In this document: positions 37,979 through 52,681 of the stretch, piece by piece
How the letters are laid out: each line of letters starts with the position of its first letter
Numbering within the stretch: position 1 is the stretch's first letter
Assembly (NCBI GenBank): GCA_951406725.2
Contig: OX597816.1
Location: forward strand, 165,540,001 to 165,604,000
Length of the DNA: 64,000 nt
Direction of reading: 5' to 3'
Origin: Octopus vulgaris
Taxonomy: Eukaryota
Program-made: the position numbers and the translations under genes
The notes under the pieces: model-generated
The model's database searches: none
What the model was told of the DNA's origin: nothing
What the model saw: only the letters and a program-made list of their open reading frames with translations

Positions 37979-40900
37979 TAACAATAGAAAAGCAAAATAT
38001 TAATTTCTTCACATATTGTTTTATTCTGTTCTAAATCTACTTCTGTTTTTTTCAAAGTGCCGTGTCTTTGTACTGTTGCTTGGCTTATTTATTGTTAACC
38101 AACAGTCAACGTAATTTTCTTTGATTCTAATTAATGAATTGATATTAATAGCAATTAAAAGAAAAACTGGTACAAGACTATTTTTAAATCAGAAGAGTTC
38201 CCACACAGCTTTTACAAGAGAAGACTTCATGTAATTGTTATTGTGGCTATTTCTTTAACCCTAGGTCAGACTTAATCAAGCAGAGTTATACTCTGAGAAT
38301 ATCAACTCTTTTGTAATCATTTACTTTGTAACTGGTTAAGTCAGCAGACTGCAGAGTCAAACAAATCAAAAACAGTACTTTCTTTTTCTTGAAAGCTTGG
38401 TGCTTACTTTATCAGCTTCTTTTGTCAAACTGCTAAGTTACAGAGATGTAAACACACCAATGCTGCTTGTCAAGCAGTGATGAGGGGCAGACACAAAGAC
38501 ACACACACACACATATTTATATATATATACAGCTGGCGTTAGGAAGGGCATCCAGCTGTAGAAACATTGCCAGATTAGACTGGAGCCTGGTGCAGCCTTC
38601 TGGCTTCCCAGAACCCCGGTCGAACCGTCCAACCCATGCTAGCATGGAGAACGGACGTTAAACGACGATGATGATGATGATGATTTATATATATACAAAG
38701 ACAATGGGCTTCTTTCAGTTTCCATCAACCAAATTTACTCAAGGCTTTGGTTGGCCCAAAAATAAGGTAGAAGTCACTTGGCCTAGAAGCCATGTAGTGA
38801 GACTGAACCCAGAACCATGTGGTTGGGAAGCAAACTTCTTACCACACAGCTACTACCATATTCCCGTTAAAATGCACTGCCTTTCTTCCACTTAATTTTG
38901 AAAATAATGAATAATTTAGTAAGACAACTTCATTACTTATTAAGCTGTTTTGAATATAAATGAACAAAAAATTCCAAGGGAAGACTTTAATTTCAAAACT
39001 TCACACCTTCCCAAAATGCTATGATGTGGAATCATACCCAAGACTTCATGGTTGCAAAGCACAAGGCCAGCAATTTTAGAGGCGAGTACAAGTTGATTAC
39101 ATCAACCCCAGTACTCAACTGGTACTCATTTTCTTGACCCCAAAAAGATGAAAGGCAAAGCCAACATCAGTGGAATTTGAACTCGGAATGTAAAGACATT
39201 TAAAATGCCAATAAGCATTTAGCCTGGGTTGTTGACAATTCTGCCAGTTTGCCACTTCTTTGGCACTCTAATATTGATTTCAAATTTTGTCACAAAGCCA
39301 GCAATTTTGGGGGATGGGGGCCAATCGATTACATCAACCCCAGAGTACCCCTGCTACTCTGAAAGGATGAAATTCATTCAATGTTGACTTCGGCAGAATT
39401 TGATCTCAGAATGTAAAGACGGACAAAATGGCATGAAACATTTTGCCTGGCATGCTAATGATCCTGCTAGCTTATCGCTTTTGCATAACTGAATATTTTA
39501 AACTATTTCACTGAGTGATCTGATCTGATTTGATTCTGCCATCAATTTCTGTCCAGTACAGTAAATATACAAAACTCCAGCCAAATGGTGTACACTTAAT
39601 CCAGACTTATGCAACAACATATCACTCTTAAAAGCTTCAGACAAGCAAAACTAAGATAAAACAACCATTCCCAAGTGGATTACCCACACAAGGTATAAAT
39701 GGCATTCCGCAAGACCATAGATATTCTCTTTGATAAATCAACCAATTCTCCATTGGTTAATCATTAATCACAAGTATACGAAAACTGTTACCATTCCCCC
39801 TTCATTCCATCTTCTTTCTTCACTCCCTGCATTTACACATACCGACACATTTGCTCGTCTTCTTGGGTATTGGGGTAGTTGTAGGTTGTTTTGGAAGGGG
39901 GTAAGGAAGATTATTTACAGCCAGAAACAAATCTCAATTCCTAATGAAATCATGGGATGATACTCTCATGCTTCTATCAGGAAATATTTGCATTTTATTT
40001 AAACACTGCAAACATGGATATACAAATGTTGCTGTTGCATAATCTCGTGCTATGGGATGAGGTGGGGCTGAAGTATGGAGAAGCGCACATGCATACACTT
40101 AGACAGACAGACAGGATAGATAGACTGATGTGCAAGTGTGGCTGTATGGTAAGAAGTTTGCCTCTCAACCACATGGTCCCAGGTTCAGTCCCATTGAGTA
40201 GAACCTTGGGCCTACCAAAGCTTTGTGAGTGGATTTAGTAGAGGAAAACTGAAAGAAGCCTGCTAGGAGCCCTACCACGTATGTGTTTGTGTGTGTGTTT
40301 GTTCCCAACCGGTGTCGGTTTGTTTACATCCCTATAATAGTTTTGCAAAAGAGACCAACAGAATAAACACCAGACTTAAAAACAAAAAAAAAGAGTACTG
40401 GGATTGATTTGTTTGACTAAGAGTTCTTCAAGGCATTGCCCCAGCATGGTCACAGTCTGTTGACAGAAACAAGTTGAAGATAACAGGTACACACACATAC
40501 ACGAGGTAAGGCCCCTAGCAAACTGACTGCAACCGAATTTTGATAACACATGATCATATAAAAAAAAAAGGTAATATGTACAGAAACCATAAAATTTTCA
40601 CCCACACACAAGAGCTAATAAGGTATTCTACTATCTGTGTAGTTACATGAAATAACATGAAATAACAGCCAAATCTCCCACAAATCACATCCTAATTGTC
40701 TAAATGACGAATAAACTCTTGATATCAACTCGCTTGAAACTACCCTTAGTTTAATAATACAAGCAGCGGAAAAACCTTCATCAAAATTTCATGATTAATT
40801 TATGCTGCAAGAAGTTATTTTCCCAAAATCTTTGATATTTTCAAAATAAAATGTCATTGTATTTCAAGAGAAATATAGCAACAAATGTGTTAAGTAAAAC

Positions 40901-41239
40901 ACCTAACAGTGCATAGTAACTGCACTTGAGATGGCCACAACAAAGAATGCCTAGTATCTGCAACCATAGAAGAGATAACTACTCTGAAATGCTAGCATCT
41001 CACAGTCTAGGTAGATGGCACTGTGAGCTGATCTAGATGTATAAACACCATTTGTCAACAAATGAGATATATACTCTGTGACAAAATGCAGTGAGTAGCT
41101 TGTTCCCCAGTTCGAATGTGCATTAAGCATATTCAGACTTGTAATAACATTAGTTTTACTTGTCACTGTTTAGTGCTCCCCATCCACCTTTGATCACAGG
41201 TCTTCTGAATCAGGCTGACCTGTGATTAAATATAACTGG

Positions 41240-41590
41240 AGGTAGCAAGGGGCTATGTTTATGGCCTTTACAATATCTCTGGGGAGATCTCTGCAGTTAA
41301 CAAGAAAAAGAATATACAGGGAAGAACGTAAAAAGTAAATACAGGGAAGAAAAGTATATACAGAGAGGAAGCCCAGTACAGACTTAGTTGAGGGCTTGAT
41401 TTTGGACACAATGAGTAAGAGAAGGAGAGAAACAAAGGAGTGAGGAATATCCGAACGGAAGTGGAATGAGCCCAGATGGTTCCGAGAAGCAGAGGCCAAC
41501 ATCAATCAGTCGAACAACCATTCTTTGGATGCTGACTAAGATGTCTGTGTGTCTAGCAGCACTGTTTGCTCCAAAGATGAACATCGCTAA
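41240..41590 (-). mobile_element. Degenerate LINE (CR1/L2-group) ORF2 3' fragment
   Basis: AARHTDILVSIQRMVVRLI and LPRDIVKAIN resemble post-RT C-terminal LINE motifs; frameshifted. Confidence 0.45.
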
Positions 41591-42715
41591 TATTATTACC
41601 AATGCTATGATTGATGCAATAAATTAAATTCTCTTTCGAGAGAACACATACCATCTTCATTCTTCAACTTATATTTACCTCAAGCGATAAGAAATGAATA
41701 AAAGAAAAAGGAAGAAAACAAAGAAGAGAAACGATCTAAAATTAAAACATTGACTTTGTACATTTGAGTTTGAGCATTTACGGTTAATTAATTTTTCCTG
41801 TTAAGTAATATTTTTGGAATCAGAATGTGTTGTGTAGGTGTGAGTGTGTGTAAACATAAATACATAAACGTACATACACAAAAAAGCCTGAAGAAGGTGT
41901 TGAGAATTCAACAATGCTGCGCAGATAAATCTAAGAAATAGACACAAGCATAGCTGTGTGAAGAAGCTCACTCTGTAATCATATGGTTTGGAGTTTGGTC
42001 CTAGTGCTTGGCATTTTGGACCAGTGTCTTCCACTGTAGACCTCAGACAACCAATGTCTTCTCAGTGAATTTGGCAAATAAAACTGTCTAGATGCACATC
42101 ATGTGTGTGTGTGTGTGTGCGTGCGGGCACGCTATGTAAAAAGTGCTGGTGCCATGTAAAAAGCACCCAGTACACAATAGAAAGTGGCAGGTATTAGGAA
42201 GACCATCTAGCTGTAGAAACTATGCCGAAACAGACTGTGGTACCTAGTGTGGTAGCCAGCTTTACCAGCTCCTATCAAACTGTTCAACATCACACTAGCA
42301 TGGAAAATGGACAATGTGTGTATGCATGTCTGCCTGTCTCTCCACTGCTTGACAACTAGTGTTGGTCTGTGTAAGAAATAGACACAGGCATAGCTGTGTG
42401 GTGAAGAAGCTCACTCTGCAATCATATGGAGTTTGGTCACACTGCTTGGCATTTTGGACCAGTGTCTTCCACTGTAGTTCTGAGACAACCAATGTCTTCT
42501 CAGTGAATTTGGTATCCCTGTAGACTTAACAGCTCAGCAAAAGAGACCACTAGAATACGAATCAGATTCAGGAACTAGGATCAATTTGTTCACCAAAACC
42601 TTTCAAGGCAGCACCCCAGCATGGCCGCAGTCCAATCAATGAAATAAGTAACAGTCAAAAGAAGACAGGCTGTGGCTGGAATTTCAATATACAGTGCTTT
42701 GATTTTAGATTATAC

Positions 42716-42950
42716 CTATTTCTTTACTACCCACAAGGGGCTAAACACAGAGAGGACAAATAAGGACAGACAAATGGATGAAGTCGATTATATCGACTCC
42801 AGTGCGTAACAGGTACTTATTTAATCGATCCTGAAAGGATGAAAGGCAAAGTCGACCTCGGCGGAATTTGAACTCAGAACGTAGCAGCAGACGAAATACC
42901 ACTCAGCATTTCGCCCGACATGCTAACATTTCTGCCAGCTCGCCACCTTC
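42716..42950 (-). mobile_element. SINE family B, well conserved
   Basis: gaaaggatgaaaggcaaagtcgacctcggcggaatttgaactcagaacgta...tctgccagctcgcc. Other copies near 4340-4778, 11403-11690, 32407-32620 and 39055-39480. Confidence 0.85.
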
Positions 42951-44342
42951 ATTATACCATTTACACAAGTTGGAAATCTATTCATTCAGATATTGAAGAA
43001 CCCCACAAGAAGAATGGTAACTTCATGAAGATACATGAATAGGTATGGCTGTGGAAGGGGCTTGTTTCCCAACCACTTATTTCCAGGTTCAGTCCCACTG
43101 TGTGGCACCTTGGGCAAATATCTATTATGGCTTTGGTTCAATCAAAACCTTGTGAATGGATTTGGTAAATGGAAACTGAAAGAAGCCTGTCTTTTATATT
43201 TATATATATATCATGTGATCCCGTGACCGACCAGGCTATCAGATGTTGTCACACATCGCTGGTTACAATGTGCTTTGCATTGTTTTAGCCTTCAAATGAT
43301 TCCACCCCGCTGGCTAAGCGAGCAGGCCATATTTATATATATATAAAACTGTGTGTCTGTCTGTTGGTCTCCCACTGGAACTTAACCAGTGTTGGTGCGT
43401 TTTATACACTGAAACCTAAGTATCTTTGAGAGATTTTAACAAGATGATGTTTTTGTTGGCTTAAGTGGTCTTGAGATTCAGATCTTTCATTAGTTTCGAT
43501 TTTACAGCAAACTGACACCCACCCAAGAATACACCTTCCCTCTTGAGATTTCCTTGAAGAGAGACAGAACGACTAAGATCAGTTTCTACTACTTGACCTT
43601 TGTCTGTTAGTCTGGTTTCCACAAGTATGGTGAGGTTTGCACTGACTTTCATCATCATTTAACGTCTGTTTTCCATGCTGGCAATGGTTTGACTGATGGC
43701 TGGTATCTATTATTAACAGTCTCTTATGCTGAACCACTAAGTTACAAGGACATAAATAAACCAACACCAGTTGTCAAACGGTGGTTGGGAACACAGACAC
43801 AAACGCAATGAATTTGTTTCAGTTTCCACCCTCAAATTTACTCACAAGGCTTTGGTTGGCCCCAAGGCTATAGAAGACACTTGCCATGGTGCCATGCAGT
43901 GGAACTGAACCCAGGACCATGGCATTGGAAATCAAGCTTCTTACCACTGAGCCACACCTATAATGTATAGACAGCATATATATCAAGCATGCCTTATATA
44001 TTCTTTAACCGACTTATAGAACTGAACACAACTAAGTCACAAAAAGATATTTTCGTTATGACAAAAGTTATAACAATCTACATGACAATACTTTTCCAAC
44101 TGAAATTCTACCTGCAATAGGAACACAGTATACAGAGACAGCATCTACTTGTATATTCATGAAGCTGTAATGTCTTCAAAGCCGATAATTTCTGAATTAT
44201 ATAGAATAAAGAACTTCCTATGTTATTGTCACCTGCGTATGTCTAGCGATTGCTAGGTTATGATTTTTTCAAAGATGAAGATAGACTGGTCCAGAATATC
44301 TTATCTTTTATCATAAACAATACACACAGACATTAATATATA

Positions 44343-44396
<54 letters not shown>

Positions 44397-44731
44397 CATA
44401 TGTGCATTAACAAACATAAACACGATATGTTTAGGTAAAGGTATATACAAACACACAGCCACATAAACAAATATATAAAGGCACATATATGTTCATATCT
44501 ATGGAAATGTGTGTGTGTATGTATATATACACACAGATATCTATATAGACAAGCACATATACGTGCACAGACATATTTATAAGCACACAAACAAGCATAT
44601 TAAAGTGCAAATATGCAAGTTTATACATGAGGTTGTGTGTATGTATGTATATGTATATAAATATATATATATATATTTAGATAGATAGATAGATAGATAC
44701 GCATACCTGCGTATACACACACACACAAGCA

Positions 44732-44777
44732 CATACAGAGAGATCTGTTAGATGTAATCAAGACAAATTAAAAAGAT
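44732..44777. repeat. Left arm of a perfect 46-bp long-range inverted repeat
   Basis: catacagagagatctgttagatgtaatcaagacaaattaaaaagat is the exact reverse complement of 49833-49878. Confidence 0.95.
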
Positions 44778-45309
44778 TACCTTGATTCATCAGGAAGAAA
44801 AAAAATGGTAAATTCTTTGTCTCACAGAAGAAGCATTTTAAGCAACGTCCAAATAAGTAGTTATTGATGCTAAAATATTTGTAGTTGTGGAAGCTGACAA
44901 GTCAATGAAATGAGAAGCAAGAATCTAGAATTCTAACAGCCACACAGTGGAAGCCAGAATATGAGAGACAACAAGATGAATAACAAAAGAAAAACAGAAG
45001 AGACTCCATTTTCTTTAATTATCATCACCATGGAAACGGAGGTATGTAATAATGGGAATGGTTAAACTGATTCAAACAATGAAATATGTCTTTCTTTTAA
45101 AGGAATTGAAAAATATTAACTTGACAGCATAAGTTTCCATGGAATTCATATGAAATGGCTGGCACTTATTCTATTGATACATAAAAGGATAAAGATTTAA
45201 AAAAAAAACGACTCCAGCAGAATCTGAACTTGGAATCAAAATTTTTTTCGTATTGTTCCAATTCTACTGTAAGGTGTACTTTTGAATAATAGAAACAATA
45301 ATAATAATT

Positions 45310-46100
45310 TCTACTATTGGCCCAAGGGCTGAAATTTTGGGGGAGAGGTTAAGTCAATAACATCGACCCCCTCAGTACTCAACTTGGACTGAATTTAATG
45401 ACCACGAAAAAGGCTAAAAGGTAAAGTGCATCTTGGAAGAATTTGAACTCAGAATGTAAAGACAGACGAAATACCTGATTCTTTACTGCCCACAAGAGGC
45501 TACACACAAAGGGGACAAACAAGGACAGACAAACGGATTAAGTTGATTATATCGACCCCAATGTGCAACTGGTACTTATTTAATTGACCCCGAAAGGATG
45601 AAAGGCAAAGTCAACCTTGGCGGAATTTGAACACAGAATGTTAAGACAGATGAAATACCATCAAGCGTGCTAACGTTTCTGCCAACTCAATGCCTTAAGA
45701 AAAATAATTTCAAAATTTGGCACAAGGCCAGCAATTTTAGGAGAGGGAACAAGTTGATTACATCGATCCCCAGTGTTCAACTGGTACTCATTTTAGCAAC
45801 CCCAAGAGGACAAAAGGCAAAGTTGGCCTTGGCAGAATTTGAACTCAGAATGTAGACATGAAATGCCGTTAATCATTTTGCCCAGTATGCTAATGATTCT
45901 GCCAGCTTGCTGCCCCAAGTGCAATGAGAATAATCCTTACTACTATAGGCACAAGGCCTGAAATTTTGTGGGGAGGGGCTAATTGATTACATCGACCCCA
46001 GTGTTCCACTGGTACTTATTTCATCAACCCCAAGGGAATAAAAGACAAAGTTGACCTCAGCGGAATTTAAAAATATACAAACCCAAAAGAAATGTCACCA
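45310..46100 (-). mobile_element. Cluster of about four tandem or nested SINE family B copies
   Basis: Repeated atcgacccc...aaggcaaag...gaatttgaactcagaa blocks. Confidence 0.8.
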
Positions 46101-46384
46101 AGTATTTTGTTCGATGCATTAGTTATTCTGATATCTTCCACAACTAAATACAGCACACTACTAACCTTTCAATTAATACTACTAGCCCCCCCATACATCC
46201 CATAAACCATTCGCATTACAGATTTATATCTACCCTAATTGCACCAAATCCAGAACTTCTTACCTCCCTTACACATAATCTTTTTACTCAGGGACTAGTA
46301 GACCCAACTCTGTTCGGTAATCGGTGCGCATTCAAAGCAGTATGCTTTTGAATCTCTTTAACAATTCACAATAATGACTTTTAT

Positions 46385-46434
<50 letters not shown>

Positions 46435-47459
46435 TTGTATGTGTTGGTCCCCCACCACTGCATGACACCAATGTTGGTGCGTCTATGTCCCTGTAACCTA
46501 GTGGTTCGGCAAAAGAGGCCAATAGTCTTGGGGGTTAATTTGTTCAACTAAAGGTGGTGCTCCAGCATGGCCACATTCATGAACCCAGTACAGGGTCATT
46601 TCACATCTAGCAATAGTGAATGAAAACAGAAACATTTGAAACGGTGAACAAGCATGCTGTAAGACTCATTTCAAGAGTGAAAAAAAAAACCCATATTAAG
46701 CATAGTTTTTATCAGGGCAACTGTCGAGGGGAGGGTCATCAGGGTCCCTTAGCTGTGGTGGCAAGGTGTAACTCAATATCACTGTATTTAATGTTTACTT
46801 TTGGGAGGAGTTTATTGGGGTAGATCTTCTATGGCTGCATGCAAGGTAATACTTCCGCACTCCAGCTATGCTCAGATATGGTTTTGCCAAATATTAAAAA
46901 CAAATCACATGTTACAAATATTCCACAGTGTCAAGACAATGAAACACAAACATACACGGGCTTCTTTTAGTTCCCATCAACCAGACAACTCATGAGGTTT
47001 TGATAAGCCAGGTGCTATGCAGTGGGACAGAACCTGAAACCATGTGGTTGGAAAACTAACTCTCTAACTACATAACCATGCTTCTGTCTAGTAAGAATGT
47101 ACTGAATGTCAATACATATATATATCTAATCTTTGTGATGAAGTATAGAGCAGTGATACACAACAGCATTCAAGAAGACAAGTACCAGAAGTCCATACCG
47201 AAGTTTTGGCAGCCCATACAAAGAAAGTTGATGAATCTTCTACATATGACAGATGTGGTTGTGTGATTAAGATGACTGCTTCAAAACCATGTGGTACCTT
47301 GGGCAAGTGTATTCTATAGCCCTAGTCCAACCAAAATCTTGTGACTCCATTTGGAAGAGAGAAAATAAAAGAAACTCATGGCATATGTGTGTGTGTGTGC
47401 ATATTTATATATATATATATATATTCGAGCAAATGGAAAGTGCTGAGTGGTCAAACATT

Positions 47460-47796
47460 TAAACCAAATTTTCTTAAAACAACTTGTCCGACTGTCCCAT
47501 AGGCCTCCCCTTTCAGAAACACTGATTTAACCTAAATTTGAGATACCAGCAAAAGAAGAAATAAAGGTAGACTTTTTTCTATTCCAAGAAAAACGATTTT
47601 ACAAATGCGTGTTCCTATGGCTTTATTGATCGCATTCTCACCTGGAATCAATTTTTGTAATTTTTTCAAGACTTTTACACGCCCTGATACCGTCGGTATC
47701 TACATATCAAATTTGAGCAGAATCAGATGGAGGATGCCCGAGATCCTAGAAGACACACACACACACAGACAGACAGAACAGATTTTATATAATAGA
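47460..47796 (-). mobile_element. Helitron-type non-autonomous element, 5' part
   Basis: Minus strand begins A|TCTATTATATAAAATCTGTTCTGTCTGTCTGTGTGTG. Confidence 0.55.
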
Positions 47797-48071
47797 TATA
47801 TATTATCTTGATCAGTCAACATCCATGCTGGCATGTGTGCGTCTACTTCTTTTGATATCACATGATAGTTGTAAACAAGCATTGTTCATATCCAATCTTT
47901 CACAGAAGACATATCTTGACAGGGAAATATTAATTTGTCTTGGAACAGGTGAAGGTTGGCAACAGGAAAGGCATCTGACAATAGAAAATCTGCCTCAATA
48001 AATTGTCAGATCCTTACAAGCAAGCAAAAAGTGGAGATTAAAACAACGATAAAGATGGGAACAATCTAATG

Positions 48072-48414
48072 CAGTGTTTGTCAACCAGGGCTACCTGGGA
48101 CCTTAGGGTTCCGTAAAAGGTTCCTCAAAAAAGAGTGAAATAAGCCAACACTAATTTCGTGATCCTAATATTACTATACATGCACAACATGTTGGTTATT
48201 GTAATATACATATCATCCTATCTAACCAATTATGTTATCAAAAAAATATAACAACCACATATATATATATATATATATATGATATTTACCATGTGAATTA
48301 TGATTTTTAAAAAATGAAAGATACGGTATATAAATTTTTTTTGGTGCAGGGATTCCTTGAGACATAAAATTTATTTTATGGGTTACGGAAGGATAAAAAG
48401 GTTTAGAACCAGTG
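48072..48414. mobile_element. hAT MITE
   Basis: cagtgtttgtcaacc / ggtttagaaccagtg ends; flanks atctaatg / gtctaatg (7 of 8 match). Confidence 0.75.
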
Positions 48415-48637
48415 GTCTAATGTTTAAATTAATTGAAATTAAATGTACATGTGTCTTACTAGACAATGTATGGTTATTTTTATTATTATTATTATTTTCA
48501 TTTTAATTCAAATATTTATATCTCACAGTGTTGTTGTATAATGTAATCAGAAGTTAATTTATATTTGGTGATCCATGAAAATCTCATGGACATTATGGCT
48601 CACTCTCTGAAAGAGTTGGTCTATCAATACTGTAGAC

Positions 48638-48919
48638 CAGTGGATCCCAAAGTTGGTGGTATTCCCCCCACCCCAAGTCTGTGGAAAGTTCCAAGGGGTG
48701 TTGAAGAAATGTGAAGCGATAATGGGGTGACAATTAATGTAAAAGTAACAATATAATGGGTTCGTTAGGTTAAGTTTTTTTTTTATTTTGTGAAATACAG
48801 TTGCTTTGAATTTGCTTTGCAAAGGTCTATGTTTGTGATGGTTAGTTGGGATGGGGGTGCTAGAAATGTGGCCTGGGTGTCAAGGGGGGCAGCAGCCCGA
48901 AAATGTTTTGGAACTACTA
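48638..48919. mobile_element. hAT MITE with a perfect 8-bp target-site duplication
   Basis: ctgtagac on both sides; cagtggatcccaaa / tttggaactacta ends. Confidence 0.85.
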
Positions 48920-49832
48920 CTGTAGACTGCAGAAGGATGACTTTACCCAGTACTTCTCAAGTAGGATCCACATATGATTTTGTTAAAATTTATGTGCAAT
49001 AAACTGATTATAACAATACACAAAATATTTTAGCATGATTTTGATACAATTTCTAATAATATTTAATTACAAAAATGCCATTTTTTAAAAAACATTGAAT
49101 GCTTATTAGGGTCCAGTACAGTAAAATAGGCATCAAAGATGTTGGTAGGCAAAAAAAGGGGGTTGAGAAACCCTGACTTAATCCATAACCTGATTTAACA
49201 CCACCACCATTGGGTCTTTGGATTACCCCCAGTAGAGCCCTATTTGTAGCTAACATTCAGGCCAGAACCTCAGGTTGTTGATAATTATTTCTTCCTTTTG
49301 TTCTACTAATCACAAAGACCACTCTGGAAGGATCACAAACAGGACCCTTTTTCTTTGAAGTAAGCCATTCAATAAAGTTTAAAAAAATAAAACAAACAGG
49401 CCAGTGCCCTAGCATGACCACAGCTTATGACCTGTAACAAGTAAAAGGTAAGTCAATCTTAAATACACGAAAATTAATTAGACTTTGCACTAAACTCGGC
49501 CAGTTACTTTCAGGTAGAATAACAAAGCAAAAGTTGTCAACAGATTTTTCAAAACAATAGATTCCAGCTTAAAAGAAACAATGCGTTTCAGATTTTTTTT
49601 TCTTTCTAGTTTTCAACTTTTCTAGAGGAGGTTTAACAACTTTTATTTATAACATGGCCTTTGTTTTGAATTCTACTCCTCAATCTATGAAGGGGAGGAG
49701 GTACGAAAAGACGCCTAGCTTCACGACAGTCTTTCTCTTCATTCCCTAATAAGACTTTTTTTTCAAGTAAAGAGCAACCAAATCACCCCCAAAATAAATC
49801 TTTTCAAAGCACCAACTAATGTGGTTTTAGAC

Positions 49833-49878
49833 ATCTTTTTAATTTGTCTTGATTACATCTAACAGATCTCTCTGTATG
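49833..49878. repeat. Right arm of the perfect 46-bp long-range inverted repeat
   Basis: atctttttaatttgtcttgattacatctaacagatctctctgtatg; 46/46 complementary to 44732-44777. Confidence 0.95.
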
Positions 49879-51342
49879 AACTGGCATTGAGACTGCTGGA
49901 TGAGATTTGACCTAGGGCTATATCGAACACACACTTCTGAATTCATATGTATGTGTGCGTGTGTGTCTTTTATTGGTTACTTATTTGTCATTCGACTGCG
50001 CCCATGCTGGGGCACTACCTTGAAGAATTTTTAGTCAAACAAATCGACCCCAGGACTTTTAGTTTTTTTTAAATACTTAGTACTTATTCTATCCATCTCT
50101 TTTGCCAAAACACTAAGTTAAAGGGACGTAAACATAGCAACACCAGTTACCAAGCGGTGGTGGGGAACAAACACACACACACGTGCTGCTTTCGGTTTCC
50201 AGCTACCAAATCAAACAAGGAAATTCCTGCCCAAGTGTCACGCAGAGGGACTGAACCCGGAACCATGTAGTTGGAAAGCGAACTTCTTAGGGGTGAAAAT
50301 GAGAGTATTTCCACCCCTAATTTTATGTTTTCTACCGATATTAAAACTGTAGACGATACGGACTAACATTAATATGAACCAGACATACTATTATTATTGT
50401 TATTACTATCGTTATTATATGGAGCAACAAGACTTCAGGCATCAATCTGTATGAACAAGGCACACCACGAACATATGGATTGTAAAAAATACAATGAAAA
50501 ATAGTCGACCAACTTGCATTGAATGGTGATATAAAAACCTGATTGAAGCCACGAACACATTGCAAATACATACATGGGCACACACCAGAAGCAAGCCGAA
50601 ACGAAGTCCCTAACAGGCTTTTCATTGAAAAAAGGTTATACATATAAAATGGAGGCAGCACACACACTCAACAAGCTAGAAATAGCAGCCAAATTTCCCT
50701 ATAAACACATCCTGCCAAATAGAAATGATACAGTCCGAGACTGTCTATATACCCGGCTTACCCCCACCCCTCAAAAGACGGATGTAATATCTCTGAACGT
50801 AAAAAGTCTGCTCGATCAGAAATCGACTGGGGATCATAACAATCGCAAAAATGTTCCGAGATCTATAAATCCAAGCGATTTTGGAGTGGTGCTGGCCTGT
50901 AGAGAGGGAGTCCAGGGGCCGCCAATCCACAGACAATATATAAAACTATGAGTGGTGATGGTCAATAGAGTTCAGTGACCGACCTACTAACAACAGCAGC
51001 TACAACAATATGCCGCGTGGATTATATACGTGCACACGCAGAGCAAGAAAAGAAACAAGGCAAAGTTTTAGCAGTTTGATGGATATCGAGAAAGTCATTA
51101 AAAACAAGCAATTTTTTTTTTTTTTCAACATTAGAATTATACACACATATATAACTGCGAGCGAGATAGAAAGAAAGAGACAGTGTGTGTGTTTGTGTGC
51201 AATTTGGTGAATGAGTTTATGAAAAAAGAGGAAATGTACTCAATATGTAGTATTTGTATATCTTATTAAAAACTGAAGATTAGCGAATTGTTCATTTGAC
51301 TTTCACGTTGTCGATTATCGTTTGTTTGTGTGTGTGTGTGTG

Positions 51343-51379
<37 letters not shown>

Positions 51380-52279
51380 CACATACAATTAACGAGTCTG
51401 TTAGCAACAATGAGGTTAGCTGCAACTAGCAAAAACTACTCCATACGTGGAGGGTACAGTTGGAAAACTTGCTTAATATGGAAAACTCTTAAAATTTCGA
51501 AGAATTTTCTTTATCTAACACTCAAATGCTGAATTAACTGTAGATTTCGTTTTCAGTACGGGGCACTTACTGTTTGAAGTTACTTAACTATATATTATAT
51601 ATATATATATAAAGAGGGAGAGAAAGAATTGTATATTTAAAAATAACAACAGGAGTAAAAACAAACTACATGGGAGTAAGATTAATTTATCTATTCCAAC
51701 ATCGTCGGTACTCGGAGTTCCTGACTTTCGGAATCATCTTCTGTATCATTCAAGAGGGTAAACGAAGAACCGAGTAAGCGGCGGAGTTGAATTATCAACT
51801 TCTAAAGAATGTGTGCGTGCGTGCGCGCGCACAGATTCGACAAAAGATCGAATTCTAGACCCATAGATTGATAGCTGATTGATGAATGGCACACAAACGT
51901 GCATGTACACGCTACATATATATATATATGCATGCATGCGACTGTGCACATGTTTCTCCATCAAATTTTTTGCGTGTGGGTAAGCATGTGTCTATGCACA
52001 TGCTTTATTATGAAACATATTTAGTGTATATTTATCACATAGAAAAATACTTGGGTAAGCAAAGCAAATTAAATGAATTTCCAACTAACTTAACCACAGT
52101 AGTGATGCTCTAGTATGGCCACAACCCTTAGGCTGGAAATAAAAAAGCAAACACGTATCACCACTTCAGTTTATATATATATATATATAATATAATTAAA
52201 ATGTACATACATAATGTATATATACATTTTATTTATATTATAATATGATTGAACGCCACGCATCTATTTCCAAGTTTAT

Positions 52280-52340
<61 letters not shown>

Positions 52341-52681
52341 TACTATTATATAATTTAACAGAAGTTTTAATTCTACTGTTCTACGGAACTTTCATCTGCT
52401 ATTACGTTATTTTACTCTCTGTTCTGTATTGAGTACTTTTTCTCGTGTCCGTAATTGCACAAACTTACATTCTCGTAATTAATATACTAATAGTAGTATA
52501 TAGATGTGAGTGCGCGCGCGAGATACGTGAATTTGTAAACTAAGTGACTTGATCTTTCTGTAATGTTTTTTTTGTTTGTTTTGTTTTTGTTGTTGTTGTT
52601 TTTTTTCGCTTTCTTAGTTCAGACAGACATTTATTTATTTATTCATTTATTAAAAAAAAAAAAATAAAGCCATTTCCTCAC

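Noticed and set aside
44105-44130. Second possible ratchet site, ttcctattgCAG|GTAGAA
   Set aside because: Short pyrimidine tract and poor donor match compared with the site at 16161.
50574-50951. 125-aa ORF
   Set aside because: Overlaps a dispersed repeat (agaaatagcagccaaat... also near 20850, 40660 and 60510); no domain or splice support.
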